Source: Heterodontus francisci (lineage: Eukaryota). Taken from it: DNA of 64,000 bases. The DNA is taken from positions 19,615,846 through 19,679,845 of the forward strand of contig NC_090414.1 of the NCBI RefSeq assembly GCF_036365525.1, given 5' to 3'. The first letter of the stretch is position 1, and each line of letters starts with the position of its first letter. This document shows positions 36,933-50,472 of this stretch, piece by piece. A program made the position numbers and the translations under genes. Under the pieces are notes generated by a model, which had not been told where the DNA came from, ran no database searches, and saw only the letters and a list, made by a program, of their open reading frames with translations.

Positions 36933-37819
36933 GTTGGCACCTCAATAAGCAGGACGATTAGGCTGGGAAATAGGTGAGCTGTTCCACTGTTCTGAAGTTC
37001 TAGGAAAGAACCATTTGGAGGAGCTGATTCAGGAAGAATGGTCTGTTTACTTATCTGGAACAAGGGCGATGTTTATGTTGTTCCCTGTGTAAGCAGTCAT
37101 TGGGCTTGTCATTGCTACATTAATCACTGGCGCTGTGGTGCCTTTTCAACTGTTTCTGCAGGGTGTTTTTTAATTTGTGGTGTCTGAATGATACTTTAAT
37201 GTTTAAACTTTTGAGTCATGCATGGCTAATTATTTTTTACAAGTAGATAGCAAAGTTGTTGTGTGTGTTTTTTTTTAAAGAGCCTGTTGGATAAAGGTGG
37301 CCTGCTACTGATTCTTACAACTGTTGAAACGGAGGAAATGTTTCCGCGGTGATTTTTGCCAAGGATGAGCTGGTTTTTCGTTTCTGTTGATGAGTTATCA
37401 GAATGGATCACACATCCTTGTGGGGGTGGGGGGGGGGGGGTGGGATGTTGGTGCTGAGAAAAAAAGGACTGATGATTTGCTGCTTCCAAGCCAGCGATTT
37501 GTAACAGGTCTCCAGACTCCATTCTGGTTCGGCCTCAAAACCTTGTGTTTTGCTTAGTTTTGAGTCAACTGTGTTTCTGTGGGGTGTTTGTTTTGGCAGG
37601 TGCTTGTCTTGTGTTCCACGCTGCCTTTATGAATCTTGTAGTCAGCACCATATGGTATTAATGCTGTGTGGAGTTGCTTGGCCCATGGGGGTACATTTGG
37701 GGTAAGTTTCCATCGAATTTTCGACTGTTGGTAGTGAGTTAAAGAACGCAACACTTACTGTAGTATGCAGTCACTTGCAGCTTTATTGATATACTTGTAA
37801 TTCCACCCTACACCCTTAA

Positions 37820-38460
37820 AAAAAGACAAATGGTATGTTGGCCTTCATAGTGAGAGGATTCGAGTACAGGAGCAGGGATATCTTGCTGCAATTATACAGG
37901 GCCTTGTTGAGGCCACACCTGGAATATTGTGTGCACTTTTGGTCTCCTTATCTGAGGAAGGATGTTCTTGCTATAGAGGGAGTGCAGCGAAGGTTTACCA
38001 GACTGATTCCTGGGATGGCGGGACTGACGTATGAGGAGAGATTGAGTTGGTTAGGATTATATTTGCTGGAGTTCAGAAGAGTGAAGGGGGATCTCATAGA
38101 AACCTATAAAATTCTAACAGGACTTGACAGGGTAGATGCAGGAAGGATGTTCCCGATGGTGGGGGAGTCCAGAACCAGGGGTCATAGTCTAAGGATATGG
38201 AGTAAACCTTTCAGGACTGAGATGAAGAGAAATTTCTTCACCCAGTGAGTGGTGAGCCTGTGGAATTCACTACCACAGAAAGCAGTTCAGGCCAAAACAT
38301 TGTATGTTTTCAAGAAGGAGTTAGATATAGCTCTTGGGTCTAAAGAGATCAAAGGGTATGGGGCTACCGAGTTGGATGATCAGCCATGATCATAATGAAT
38401 GGACAGGCAAGCATGAAGGGCCGAATGGCCTACTCCTGCTCCTATTTTCTATGTTTTTAC
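37820..38460 (+). mobile_element. CR1 3' fragment
   Basis: ORF 37835-38248 encodes the RT C-terminus; CR1 tail follows. Confidence 0.9.
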
Positions 38461-39874
38461 ACCCCACAAATTAACTTGTTAAAGGAGGCTGGTTCGCACA
38501 GTTCCATGGGTGCTCCATTGGGACCTCTGCCAAGTAGCCACAGTAGATGTATATATCCAGACAGGCTGTTCAACCACAGTGATCTTCATCCTGAAACTTG
38601 ATGCTACCTTTGCACACAATGCATGTTCACTTTCCAGTATGGGAAAGTTGGTAAATGGTTAGGAATGGGCCAGGGGGCCAATTGTGCGCTCAATCACATG
38701 GGGATAGGATGGGGAAGTACATTGAATTTACAGCACAGGTACAGGCCACTCGGCCCAACCAGTCCATGTTGGCATTTATGCTCCACTCGAGGCTCCTCCC
38801 GTCATTCCTCATCTAACAATCAGCATAAAGTGAAGTCTTTGTAGAATTCAGCCGTGATCCTATCGAATGGTGGACCAGGCTCATGGGGCTGTGTAGCCCA
38901 CTCCTGCTCCTATTTATGTTCTTATCATCGTCACCCCAGCGCAGGCCCCCACCCCACCCCTGAGGCTGAATTTCCCACCTGCTGCATGGGCCAGCTCGGT
39001 CCCGTCCTGGGTGGCAACGTGATCTGATCATCTCTGTCCCAGAGGATTGCAGCTGGGTGTCTAATGAAAGGTCTCAGTCCCAGAAGAAGGGGGTTCTCTG
39101 ATCACTCGTCTGTTGAGGTGGAGAGGGTCCTTTCTGGTGTGATGGGTTCAGGAGCAAAATCTGTGGGTTTATAGCTGATTTTGTGAATTGACTGATTTTC
39201 AGTTGGAAACTTCTGTCTAACTGGAACTGTTGAATGGAGCGCCCGATTGCACTGGACTGCAGATCTTCAAGAACGAATATGTTCTCATTACTGTTTACAA
39301 CATTGTAGACTTGAGCACTTATCACGACCCAGACTCTGTGCGTTACATGATTTTAATTGTGTTTGCTGTCGTCATTGTGTTACGCCCCCTCCGGTATGGG
39401 AATGAGATGAGGGGTGTGTGTTGCTGCCTGGCATCTAACCAAGTGCCTTAAGTGCTCCAGACTCTCTTGGGTGGCTGCCTGCTGTGCAACTGGGTCGCGC
39501 AGGCTGGGAAGGTCCCAGGTTTGATCCCTGCTGCCTCTGATGATGTCACCGAGCTGCATAACTTTGTCTCAGTGCCCATGGTGCTGGGGAGATGCAAAGT
39601 TGCCCCTCGGTTCCTCGTCCCATGGTGATCCCCTTCCCCGAAAGAGAAAATCTTCTAATCGCACCCTCTCCTTTCCTCCCCCCCCCCCCCCCGAGGTTTG
39701 TTTGGCCTGCTGGCACTCACTGACTCGCACATAAAAGAACGGCATGTGGTGAGGATGTGATAGCTGTGGAGCTGTACCCAGCACCCGTCAGTACTTCAGA
39801 GGAAACTGGAGCAAGGAATACTGGCCTGTCAATTTTTTACAGAAACTAACATCGCTTAAAATACTAGTTGTTGC

Positions 39875-40220
39875 CCTGAGGGAGTGCTGCACCGTCTGTG
39901 GTGCTGTCTTTCGGATGAAACATTAAACCAAAGCCCTAGGGTGGATGTAAAAGATCCCATGGGCGCTATTCGAAGAGCAGGGGAGTTCTGCCTGGTATCC
40001 TGGTCAATATTTATCCCTTGACCAACATCACTTCTTTTATATAAAAAAAAAAATTACCTACTCGTTTTCACATTGCTGTTTGTGGGAGCTTGCTGTGCGC
40101 AAATTGGCTGCTGCGTTTCCTACACTACAACAGTGAATGCGCTTTGAAACGAACTTCATTGGCTATAAAGTGCTTTGGGGATGTCCTGAGGCTCTAAATG
40201 GTGCTATAGAAATGCAATTC
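39875..40220 (+). mobile_element. DeuSINE-like SINE
   Basis: ctgagggagtgctgcacc...tctttcggatgaaacattaaacc...aaagatcccatgg (Deu-domain-like). Confidence 0.8.
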
Positions 40221-40759
40221 TTGGTGTAAGGCACAACAACAGTATTTTTAGGAACAGGGGCTTGCTCAGTGTTGGTGGGTCAGGACTTTATACTGTGTCT
40301 GACTTTTAAAGAGAGCATGAAATTGCATTTATTTAGCATCCTTCATATCTTCAGGATGTTCCAAAGTGCTCCACAGCCAATGAATTGCGACTCAACCACT
40401 GTCACATTTACATAAGGCAATGTGACTGCCATTTTTGTACACAGTGCGATCCCACAAGCAATCTCTTTTGGATGAAGGAGGCACATTGGTTATGGCTGTG
40501 GCCAAACTCCCTATTCGATTTATAGAAGATATTTTGTACAATGGGGCTGATGGCAGTGTGACCAGTTCCGGTATTGCTGGTACTGTCAAACGTGAGAAGA
40601 GCTATTGAGTATCACACCTCTGGTTTACCCGAGGGACTGAAGACACTTTAAGCTCCCAGTTCCATTTAAGAGGAAACTGCTGCCTCCAAGCAGCTTGAAT
40701 TTAACTCTCACTGCAATGCAGAGATGCTGAATGTTTCCCCTCATGGGGGAAATGTATAT

Positions 40760-43090
40760 AAACATAAGAAATAGGAGCAGGAATAGGCCATTCAGCTCCT
40801 CGAGCCTGCTCCGCCATTCAATAAGATCATGGCTGATCTGTTTGTGTTTCGAATTCCACACTCCCATCTACCCCCGATAACCTTTGATTCCCTTGCCTAA
40901 CAAGAATCTATCTACCTCCGCCTCAAAAATATTCAATGACCCCGCCTCCACCACCTTCTGAGGCAGAGAGTTCCAAAGTCACACAACCCTCTGAGAAAAG
41001 AATTCTCCTCATTTCTGCCCTAAAAGGACGGACCCCTAATTTTAATACCGTGCCCCCTAGTTCTGGACTCGCCCACGAGGAAACATCCTTTCCACATCTA
41101 CCTTTGTCAAGACCGCTCAGGATCTTATAAACTTCAGTCAAGTCTCCCCTCATTCTTTTAAACTCCAGTGAAAACAAGCCCAGTCTGTCCAACCTTTCTT
41201 CAGAAGACAACCCGCTCATTCCAGGTATCAATTTAGTAAACCTCCTCTGAACCACCTCCAACACATTTACATCCTTCCTTAAATAAGGAGACCAAAACTG
41301 CACACAGTATTCGTGATGTGGTCTCACCAATGCCCTGTATACCTGAAGCATAACATCCTTACTTTTATTTTCAATTCTTCTTGTAATAAAGGATAACATT
41401 CCAATAGCCTTCTTTATTACTTGCTGTACCTGCATACTAACCTTTTGTGACTCATGCACTAGAACACCCAGATCCCTCTGCACCAATCTAGAACTAGGGG
41501 GCACAGTTTCAAATTAAGGGTTGTCTCATTTAAGACTGATGTGGGGACCAAATGTAATATTTCCAAGCTTGTGGATGACCCAAAACTAGGTGGGAAAGTG
41601 TATTGTGGGGAAGATGCAAAATGGTTTCATGGGGATTTGGGCAGACCTAGTGAGTGGGCAAGAACATGGCAGATGGAATATAATGTGGAAAAATGTGAGG
41701 TTATCCACTTTGGTAGGAGGAACAGATGTGCAGAGTATTTCTTAAATGGTAAGAGATTAGAAAGTGTAGATGTACAAAGGGACCTGGGTGTCCTTGTCAA
41801 TAAGTCACTGAAAGTTAACATGCAGCTGCAGCAAGCAATTAAGAAGGCTAATGGTATGTTAGCCTTTATCGCAAGAAGATTTGAGAACAGGAGCAGTGAA
41901 GTCTTGCTTCAATTGTGTAGAGCCTTAGTTAGACCACACCTGGAGTACAGTGCGAGATGAGAAATGTCTTTCTTCAGAGGATTGTGAATCTTTGGAACTC
42001 TCTACCCCAGAGGGCTGTGGAAGCTCAGTCATTAAAGCAGAGATTGACAGATTTCTAAATACCAATGACATAAAGGGATATGAGGATAGTGTGGGGGGAA
42101 AAGGCATTGAAGTGGATGATCGTATTGAATGGTGGAGCAGGCTGGATGGGCTGAATGGCCTACTCCTATGTTCTAGACTGGTGGGGAAGTATTCAATGGA
42201 AGCTTTGCAGTCAAGGGATCCTCTGAATATGAAATTTTGTTACAATTAATTCTAGCTACTTAAAGTAACGTTAAAGAGGAAGCTTAGAGTGTCTGGAAAT
42301 GGGATTTCAGTAATTGTAGTGGAAGTGATGGTACAGGCACACATTGGGGCGGAAATTTTTCCTTCCGTCCTGACATTTCAGGAATTCTGTGAAATTGTGA
42401 AGAATTCCCATTTGCAGCAAACACCTGTTAAGAATGAGGAAGTTATGAGTAACAAAGAACGCAGTGTGTAAACTTGCTGCAGCACAGCTGTTCCCAGGCA
42501 CACTTTCTTTTATTCTTTGTTTATGTGTATATGTGCATTAGTCATCGAAGGTGGCAAGACAGGTTGAGAGGGTGGTGAGTAAAGTATACAGTCTCCTGAG
42601 CTTTATTATATAGGGGCATAGAGTACAAGAGCAAGGAAGTTATGCTGAACTTGCATAAGACACTAGTTCGGCCTCAGCTGGAGTATTGCAACCAGTTCTG
42701 GGCGCCGCACTTGAGGAAAGACGTGAGGGCATTGGAGAGATTACAGAAAAGATTCACGAGAATGGTTCCAGGGATGAGGAATTTCAGTTATGAAGATAGA
42801 TTGGAGAAGTTAGGACTGTTTTCCTCGGAGAAGAGAAGGCCGAGAGGAGATTTGAATGAGGTATTCAAAATCATGAGGGGTCTGGACAGAGTAGACAGAG
42901 AGAAACTGTTCCCACTTGTGAGAGGATCGAGAACGAGAGGGCACAGATTTAAAGTATTTGGTAATAGAAGCAAAAGTGACATGAGGGAAAACTTTTTCAC
43001 ACAGCGAGTGGTTAAGGTCTGGAATGTGCTGCCTGAGAACGTGGTGGAGGCAGGTTCAATTGTAGCATTCAAAAGGGAATTAGACTGTTA
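40760..43090. mobile_element. Three adjacent CR1 3' fragments (40760-41485 minus; 41540-42170 plus; 42540-43090 plus)
   Basis: RT ORFs 40923-41504 (-), 41541-41960 (+) and 42642-43175 (+). Confidence 0.9.
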
Positions 43091-43284
43091 TATGACTATA
43101 TATGTTCTATATTCTGTGAAGGGGGATTGTTTTGGATGGAAAATCACAAATTTTCATGAAGACAGAAAGAATTGAACATTGCTACAAAGAATGATTTGCA
43201 TTTATGTAATGCTGCATTGTATCTGTTGGAAACCTCCAAGGAGACTATGTACAATTACAGGATGTGTAGTGACTGTTAAGAACA

Positions 43285-43715
43285 AACTTGCCTTTATGTC
43301 GCAGGTTATCGCATTCTTTGAACATCCCAAAGCATCTTATGACCAACAAATTCCTTTTGAAGCGCTGTCACTGTTAACCTAAACGAATGCAGCAGCCAAT
43401 TTGGATTCAGCGGGATCCCACAGAGTAAAAGAAATGAGCCATTAACTGGTGTTTTTTAATGGGGTAATGAATTAAGGGAGAAACCTTGGCCCAGAACACT
43501 GGGTGAATTTCCCCGCTCTTCTACAGTGCCTCGAGATTGTTGGCATCCGCCCGTGAGGGCCTCGGCTTAGTGTTTTATCTGGCGGATGGCACCTCTGCCA
43601 GTGCAGCATCCCCTCGGCGCTACATTGGGACCGTCAGCCGACATTGTGGGCGTGCTTTCCTGGAACGTGACTCAAACCCACAACTTTCTGACTCGGGCGA
43701 TTCCACTGAAGCAAG
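43285..43715 (-). mobile_element. DeuSINE-like SINE (diverged)
   Basis: gcagccaatttgg...ggcacctctgccagtgcagcatccctc. Confidence 0.65.
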
Positions 43716-43868
43716 CTGGGGAAATGCGGCAATCAGTCTGATTTTTGGTGGGGTAGCTGATGGGGCGGTGGCAGCCCCGCTTACTTGGCTGCCAGTGGTT
43801 CTGCGGGCGCTTGTGGTCATGTCGGTTTACTGGAGTGTGTGTGACGTGCTGATTGGTTTGTTTGACAG

Positions 43869-43961
43869 GTGCTGTACATCCAGGCGTTTGTCTTGGTCTT
43901 CCTCATCGGCAAGTTCATGCGCAAGGTGTTCTTCGGGCAGCTGCGTGCCGCAGAGATGGAG
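43869..43961 (+). CDS. SYVN1: HRD1 coding exon 2 (VLYIQAFVLVFLIGKFMRKVFFGQLRAAEME)
   Basis: gacag|GTG to GAG|gtgaga, 93 nt. Confidence 0.97.
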
Positions 43962-44129
43962 GTGAGAATGTGTGGCGCATGGAAGGGAGTGTTGAATTCT
44001 CTGGCCCTGATCTGCAGCTGCAGCCTAACTGCCAAGTGCTGACTTGAATTCTGGAACATTCTGCACGCGTAATTGTGTGTGCGTAAGTGTATGTAAATGC
44101 TGGAAGTTATCATTTGCAAGTTACTATTG

Positions 44130-44850
44130 AACGGGTGGCGGAAGCAGAGTCGATAGTAACAAGGAGGGAATTAGATTTATACTTGAGAAGGGGAAATTTT
44201 TAGGGCTATGGGGAAAGGGGCAGAGGTAGTGTCAGGCTAATTAGATACCTCTTTCAGGTTGTTCTTGCACAAATCTTTAAAGGTTAATAAAGCATATGGG
44301 ATCCTGGGCTTTATAAATGGAGGCTTACAAAAAGCCAGGAAGTTATGTTAAACCTGTATAAGGTACTTCCTTGGCCCCCCCCCCCCAGCTGATCATATCC
44401 AAATCTGGGCATCGCACTTTAGGAAGGAAGTGGAGGCTTTGGAGAGGGTGCTACAATGGTTCCAGAGGTGAAGGATTACAGTTATGTGGATAGACTGGAG
44501 AAGCTGGGGTTGTTCTCCTTAGAGCAGAGACGGTTAAGAGGTGCTCAGTATCATGAAGGGTTTAGACAGAGTGAATAAAGAGAAACTGTTTCCAGTGGCT
44601 GATAACCAGAGGGCACAGATTGAAGGCGATGGGCAAAAGGAACCAGAGGCGACATGAGGAGAAACCTTTTTACACAAGGAGTGGTTCGGATTTGGAATGT
44701 GCTGCCTGATTGGTGCAGACAGAGTCAATAGGAGCCTTCAAAAGGGAATTGGATAAATAGTTGAAGGGGGGAAAAGTTGCAGCGATATGGGGAAAGAGCA
44801 GGGGGAGGGGGGTGGGTCTAACTGGACTGGAGTCCTGGTCCTTTGCTAAG
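44130..44850 (+). mobile_element. Degenerate CR1 3' fragments
   Basis: gtggatagactggagaagctggggttgttctcctt and related tail sequence. Confidence 0.7.
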
Positions 44851-46387
44851 GAGGAGGTATGCTCCCCATCAATACAGAGTGCCCTTCTCCCCCATATTGG
44901 AAAGTATATGGAGAAGAGCATGAGGTGTGTCAGCTGCATTTTGCACCCCCCCCAACCCCACTGTCCACTGTGCCCCTCACACACCATTAACATAGCCTGG
45001 TTGGGGGGGGGTGGGTGCGCAAGGGGGTTCTCAGTTCCTTATAGTCACATCTCTGCTGGCAGCGCAGTGAGCAACTTGATGAGTAAGGAGCAGAGGCTCT
45101 TGTGCTATAAAATGAGGCAGATGTGTCCCCGTCATCGCAGGAGTCATTTCCAGCCTCCTGCAGCTCTAATAAAGACTTCATGAGTGAACATGACCAACTT
45201 TGTTCCACCTGACCAACCAACAGCTCGCTTCCTCCCTGAGCTGCCAGATTTACAGTGCGTTTACTTAGTGTCGACGGTGGATTAATTGCATAACATTAGA
45301 CCATCTGCTGTGTTCATAGATCAGTAACTGACACACAGGAGGAAGTTAGTCTGGCTGCTGCATTTGAATATGGTGCTGAGTGAGGAACAGTGAGGCGTCA
45401 TTGAGTGTGTTCACTGTCCCTCCGTTTGTGAGTCTATCGCTGTCTCATAAAGACAGCATTTACTTTGGTGTCTGAATTTCACTTCACCAGAGGTAGTGAT
45501 ACTGCCTGTTGTGGGATCCCCACCTGTACACAATCTGAATTAAACCGGCCTGTCGGACTTCTTAACGCTGACTGCAGCGTCCCTCTGAATCTCAGGAGGT
45601 AACAATGATCAGATGTTACCACACCTTTTGCAAGCAGTGCTATCTTTTTTTTTTTTGGTCCCCTGCCAGGAGCTGTGCAGCTGTTTGCTGAAGAGGTTTC
45701 TCACTGGTTTACACACTTTGAGCTGGGAACAGCTACCATCTCAAACTCTCTGGTGTCAACTGAACAGGGTTTTTTTTTGTGTCTTTGGCAGTTCCCTGTC
45801 CTGAGGTACTTTAAGTGAATCTCAACATCACAACCAGACCAGAACTCTGTCTTATGTTGATGGCCCCGTCACTAATAAATCCATTGGGGAATTCAGGAGA
45901 AACCCCTTTCCGCAGAGAGTGAGAAGAATGTGGAATTTACTACCACGGAGTGGTTGAGGTGAACAGAGTCGATACATTTAGGGGGAAGCTGGATAAACAC
46001 ATGAGGGAGAGAGTAGGAGGATATGCTGAGGGGGTGGGAGGAGGCTCGTGTGGAGCAGAAACACCAGCATGCACCTGTTGGGCCGAATGGCCTGTTTCTT
46101 TGGTGTAAATACTTTGTAATGTTGCGTTACTGAACACGGTCTTGCCTGTACATCCTTGTTTTCTAGCATGAGTTAATAGACAACGATCAGGTGTGAGAGC
46201 TCTGATTTGTTTTTCTGTCATCTCTTCCCTAAACCTCATTAAAGCTACCTAACAGCTGCCGTAGCTGAGGCCAGCAACCTTGACACAGACTGGGGATCGA
46301 TCTGTGACCTTTGTAGCGTGTTAACTAATCCGTTACGCCGAGCTGCGGTGCTTGAGTTTGTAAAGTTGTTTCCTTCCCGTTTCCCAG

Positions 46388-46540
46388 CACTTAATTGAAC
46401 GCTCCTGGTACGCTGTGACCGAGACCTGCCTGGCGTTCACTGTCTTCAGGGACGACTTCAGCCCGCGGTTTGTGGCACTCTTCACCCTGCTTCTCTTTCT
46501 CAAGTGTTTCCACTGGCTGGCTGAGGATCGGGTGGACTTT
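46388..46540 (+). CDS. SYVN1: HRD1 coding exon 3 (HLIERSWYAVTETCLAF...HWLAEDRVDF)
   Basis: cccag|CAC to TTT|gtaagt, 153 nt. Confidence 0.98.
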
Positions 46541-46892
46541 GTAAGTGTTTTCTGGTGTTTAACTCTCCCGCGGTACCGGCCAGTCGGCGGGTTGGGGTCC
46601 GGAGCGAAGGTTTTAGAAGCAAAAAGCCAGTGTGCAAATTCTAGCTGTGTGTTCCCAGTTTGCGCTGATAACCTCTGGGCAAAATCAGTTTGGTCACCAG
46701 AGACTGGAAAATAGTTGTTCCGATCTGGAATGCGCTGCCTGAAAGGGCGGAGGAAGCATATTCGATAGTTCCTTTCAAAAATCAATTGGATTTATAGTTG
46801 AAAAGGAAAAAAAAAAACTTGCAAGGCTATGGGAGAAAGAGCAGGGGACTGGGGCTAATTGGATAGCTCTTTGAAAGAGCCAGCACATGTTT

Positions 46893-47214
46893 GGGCGGCG
46901 CAGTGGTTAGCACCGCAGCCTCACAGCTCCAGCGACCCGGGTTCGATTCTGGGTACTGCCTGTGCGGAGTTTGCAAGTTCTCCCTGTGACCGCGTGGGTT
47001 TCCTCCCACAGACAAAGACTTGCAGGTTGATAGGTAAATTGGCCGTTGTAAATTGCCCCTAGTGTAGGTAGGTGGTAGGGGAATTGAGGGGATGTGGTAA
47101 GGAATATGGGGATTAATGTAGGATTAGTATAAATGGGTGGTTGATGGTCGGCACAGACTCGGTGGGCCGAAGGGCCTGTTTCAGTGCTGTATCTGTAAAT
47201 AAATAAAATAATAA
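46893..47214 (+). mobile_element. HE1-like SINE inserted in a CR1 tail
   Basis: gggcggcgcagtggttagcacc head; CR1 3'UTR sequence resumes on both sides. Confidence 0.9.
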
Positions 47215-47789
47215 ACCTGTGTGATGGGCCGAATGGCCTCCTTCTGTGCTGTATGATTCTAAATGAGCCGCACACCAACCTGGACAAGTGGAGTAATGAA
47301 ACCTGGGAATGAGGTTTATCCGCATGACAGTGTGCAAGTGTTAAGATTGTCAGGGGTCGAGCAGGTTGTCACTTTTATTTAACTACTTCTCATGTTCCTC
47401 CGAAACGCCTTGGGCTCGTCGCGTTCAGCCAGTTATTTTGAGATACGGTGAAAGCACCAGTATCAACACTTTTCGAGAGAGGGAAGGAGGGAGGGAACTA
47501 TCTTTTTTTGTTTCCTCCAATCAGGCAGATCAGCCCACACATCACTCCACTGCAACAACCACCAGAGGAACGAGGTGGTGGCTCACACCGATAGGTACCC
47601 AGGTCTTAGAGGTTGCTGCTCCCAGTTCTTTTCGCGCCGCAGTCCAAGTCTTGGCTGTGTCACCGGTTGGAGAGGAGGCTCGTCATCCCCCTGCCAGCAC
47701 CCTCCCTGCCTGCTCCCTCCCCACTCCCCAGTGAAAGAAGAATGGGAGGACAGTGGAATGGAACACTTAAAGGCACCCCACCCCAAGGT

Positions 47790-48197
47790 CAGCATCAAAC
47801 ACTCCCAGGACAAGTACAGCACGGGGGTTAGATACAGAGTAAAGCTCCCTCTACACTGTCTCCATCAAACCCTCCCAGGACAGGTACAGCATGGGGGTTA
47901 GATACAGAGTAAAGCTCCCTCTACACTATCCCCATCAAACCCTCCCAGGACAGGTACAGCACGGGGGTTAGATACAGAGTAAAGCTCCCTCTACACTGTC
48001 CCCCATCAAACCCTCCCAGGACAGGTACAGCACGGGGGTTAGATACAGAGTAAAGCTCCCTCTACACTGTCCCCCATCAAACCCTCCCAGGACAGGTACA
48101 GCACGGGGGTTAGATACAGAGTAAAGCCCCCTCTACACTGTCCCCATCAAACACTCCCAGGACAGGTACAGCACGGGGGTTAAATACAGAGTAAAGT
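47790..48197 (+). repeat. 70-71-bp tandem repeat, about 6 units
   Basis: actgtccccatcaaacactcccaggacaggtacagcacgggggttagatacagagtaaagctccctctac. Confidence 0.97.
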
Positions 48198-48606
48198 TTT
48201 CCCCCATCCTGCCCCAACTTCGGAAGAGCTGCTATGCTAGTGTGAGGCTTTGCCATTTCCTGTAGCAGCCACCCTTAGTGAAGTTACTCATTAGAGGCAG
48301 TTTTATGCTGTGAGCCTGTTCATACTAGGGCTGGGACTGCGCAAACTCATTTCACATAGTTCATATAGTCAGCAGACAAATTTGAATGCCAGTCTGAGGT
48401 AAGGCCAGTGGACTCGTCCATTGCCCACTTTTGAGGGGAAGGGGGAGGCGGCAGGTGGGGCAAAATAAGAATTGGGTGGATAATGGAGTTATGAAAGGTG
48501 TCAGTTTGTATTGAGTGTGGCACTACTCCGTTAGGACTGCTGGTTTGTATACCAGTAAATTCTGTGCACTTCACATGAGCCTGTTCCTGTTTGTGTTCCT
48601 GTACAG

Positions 48607-48655
48607 ATGGAGCGGAGTCCAAACATCTCATGGCTGTTTCACTTCCGAGTCATCT
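48607..48655 (+). CDS. SYVN1: HRD1 coding exon 4 (MERSPNISWLFHFRVI)
   Basis: gtacag|ATG to T|gtgagt, 49 nt. Confidence 0.96.
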
Positions 48656-48929
48656 GTGAGTATCATACCACGTGACGCAGACAGAGGCCCCTTCATTCCC
48701 GGGTTTTACACAACGTAGATTCAGTCAGTAGAGGGCATGGCCAGCTCCCACACTGGGTCAGTGTGGGTTCCGTGCCTCAGAGCCAGATCTCTTGCTCCTG
48801 TCCTCATCCCCACCCAGATTAAGAAATTCGATCAAGCGCCCGTCCCCGAGACGATCCGGGAGACTACACAACGTTGGCTGATGACCAGTGGATCAGTGTG
48901 TGCCGTGAATGAATTTTTTTTTAAAATAA

Positions 48930-49150
48930 GGTGCCGTGAGATATTTTATATCCACCTTAGAGGGCAGACAGGACCCCAGTTTAGTATCTCATCCGAAAGA
49001 TGGCACCTCCGACAGTGCAGCACTCCCTCAGTACTGCACTGAGAATGTCAGCCTAGATTCTGCGCTCAAGTCTCTGGCGTTGGACTTGAACCCACGACCT
49101 TCAGACTGACAAATGAGACTGCTACATACCGAGCCACAGCTGACACCACA
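48930..49150 (-). mobile_element. DeuSINE-like SINE 5' part
   Basis: tctcatccgaaagatggcacctccgacagtgcagcactccctcagtactgcac...ggacttgaacccac. Confidence 0.8.
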
Positions 49151-49779
49151 AAGAGATGAGTTTGTGCACGAAGGCACAGGTCCCGCAGAGTGCAGCTAAA
49201 AGAAGCTGCAACGGATGCTCGGGATTTGCATAGGCGATGCTAAATGTTTCAGTGCAGGGATCTCCCCTCTCCCTCCTTCACACAGCTGTCACTGACGTGT
49301 CCTCCCCGGTTCTTCGCTGTAGCTCACAGACAGTGAGCCTCTCACGACCTAGAGGGCGCTTTTAAATCCAACGCTGGAGTTAAGGGAGCAGCCGTGCTTC
49401 GGGTGGTGCTGCTGCATAAGTCAGCTGGCATCTGCCCGTGCTGCCGGTGGCAGCCTTAAAGGGGTACCGCACGGTGCCATGTTTCTCCAACCGTGACCCG
49501 ACCGACCTTTTACACTAATTGAATTAGAAGGCAAAATATGAAAATCAACATTTAAAAAAAAAAAACACTCCAGGTAATTTGTGGGACTAACAGGATCATG
49601 CCCTTTGTCAGGGCTATCGAATAAGAGGTGCTGAGTAATATAGTCGGGATAAATAGGGCACTTGTTGGAAAACAGACCAAGGAGGTCAGTGGAATGATTG
49701 GGTGACGTAACAGGTCATCACGGTCAGGCAACAGAGAAGCATTAAAGAAGTAAAAGTTAATAAACGTATGACTGACTAA

Positions 49780-50262
49780 GGTGTAGAGCGAGCTTTACTG
49801 TGTATCTAACCCCGTGCTGTACCTGTCCTGGGGAGTGTTTGATGGGGACAATGTAGAGGGAGCTTTACTCTGTATCTAACCCCCATGCTGTACCTGTCCT
49901 GGGAGTGTTTGATGGGGGACAGTGTAGAGGGAGCTTTACTCTGTATCTAACCCCCGTGCTGTACCTGTCCTGGGAGTGTTTGATGGGGACAGTGTAGAGG
50001 GAGCTTTACTCTGTATCTAACCCCCGTGCTGTACCTGTCCTGGGAGTGTTTGATGGGGACAGTGTAGAAGGAGCTTTACTTGGGATTTAACCCCCGTGCT
50101 GTACCTGTCCTGGGAGTGTTAGATGGGGACAGTGTAGAAGGAGCTTTACTCTGTATCTAACCCCGTGCTGTACCTGCCCTAGGAAAGTTTGATGGGGACA
50201 GTGTAGAGGGAGCTTTACTTGGGATTTAACCCCCGTGCTGTTACTGCCCTGGGAGTGTTTGG
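49780..50262 (-). repeat. Same 70-bp tandem repeat in inverted orientation, about 7 units
   Basis: gtgtagagggagctttactctgtatctaacccccgtgctgtacctgtcctgggagtgtttgatggggaca. Confidence 0.97.
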
Positions 50263-50368
50263 GGCCACGAGTGCCTGAAATGGGATGAGTTCCGTTTACG
50301 GAGTGTAAATGTTAGTGCTTGGATTTTTTTTTTAAAACAGCTGTGATGTTTCTTTGTTTCCTCTGCAG

Positions 50369-50472
50369 CACTCATGGGTTTGCTGGCTCTACTGGATCTG
50401 CTGTTTGTGAACCACGCCTGTCACAGCATCATGACCCGGGGAGCCTCCGTCCAGCTGGTGTTTGGCTTTGAG
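50369..50472 (+). CDS. SYVN1: HRD1 coding exon 5 (SLMGLLALLDLLFVNHACHSIMTRGASVQLVFGFE)
   Basis: ctgcag|CA to GAG|gtgagc, 104 nt. Confidence 0.97.
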
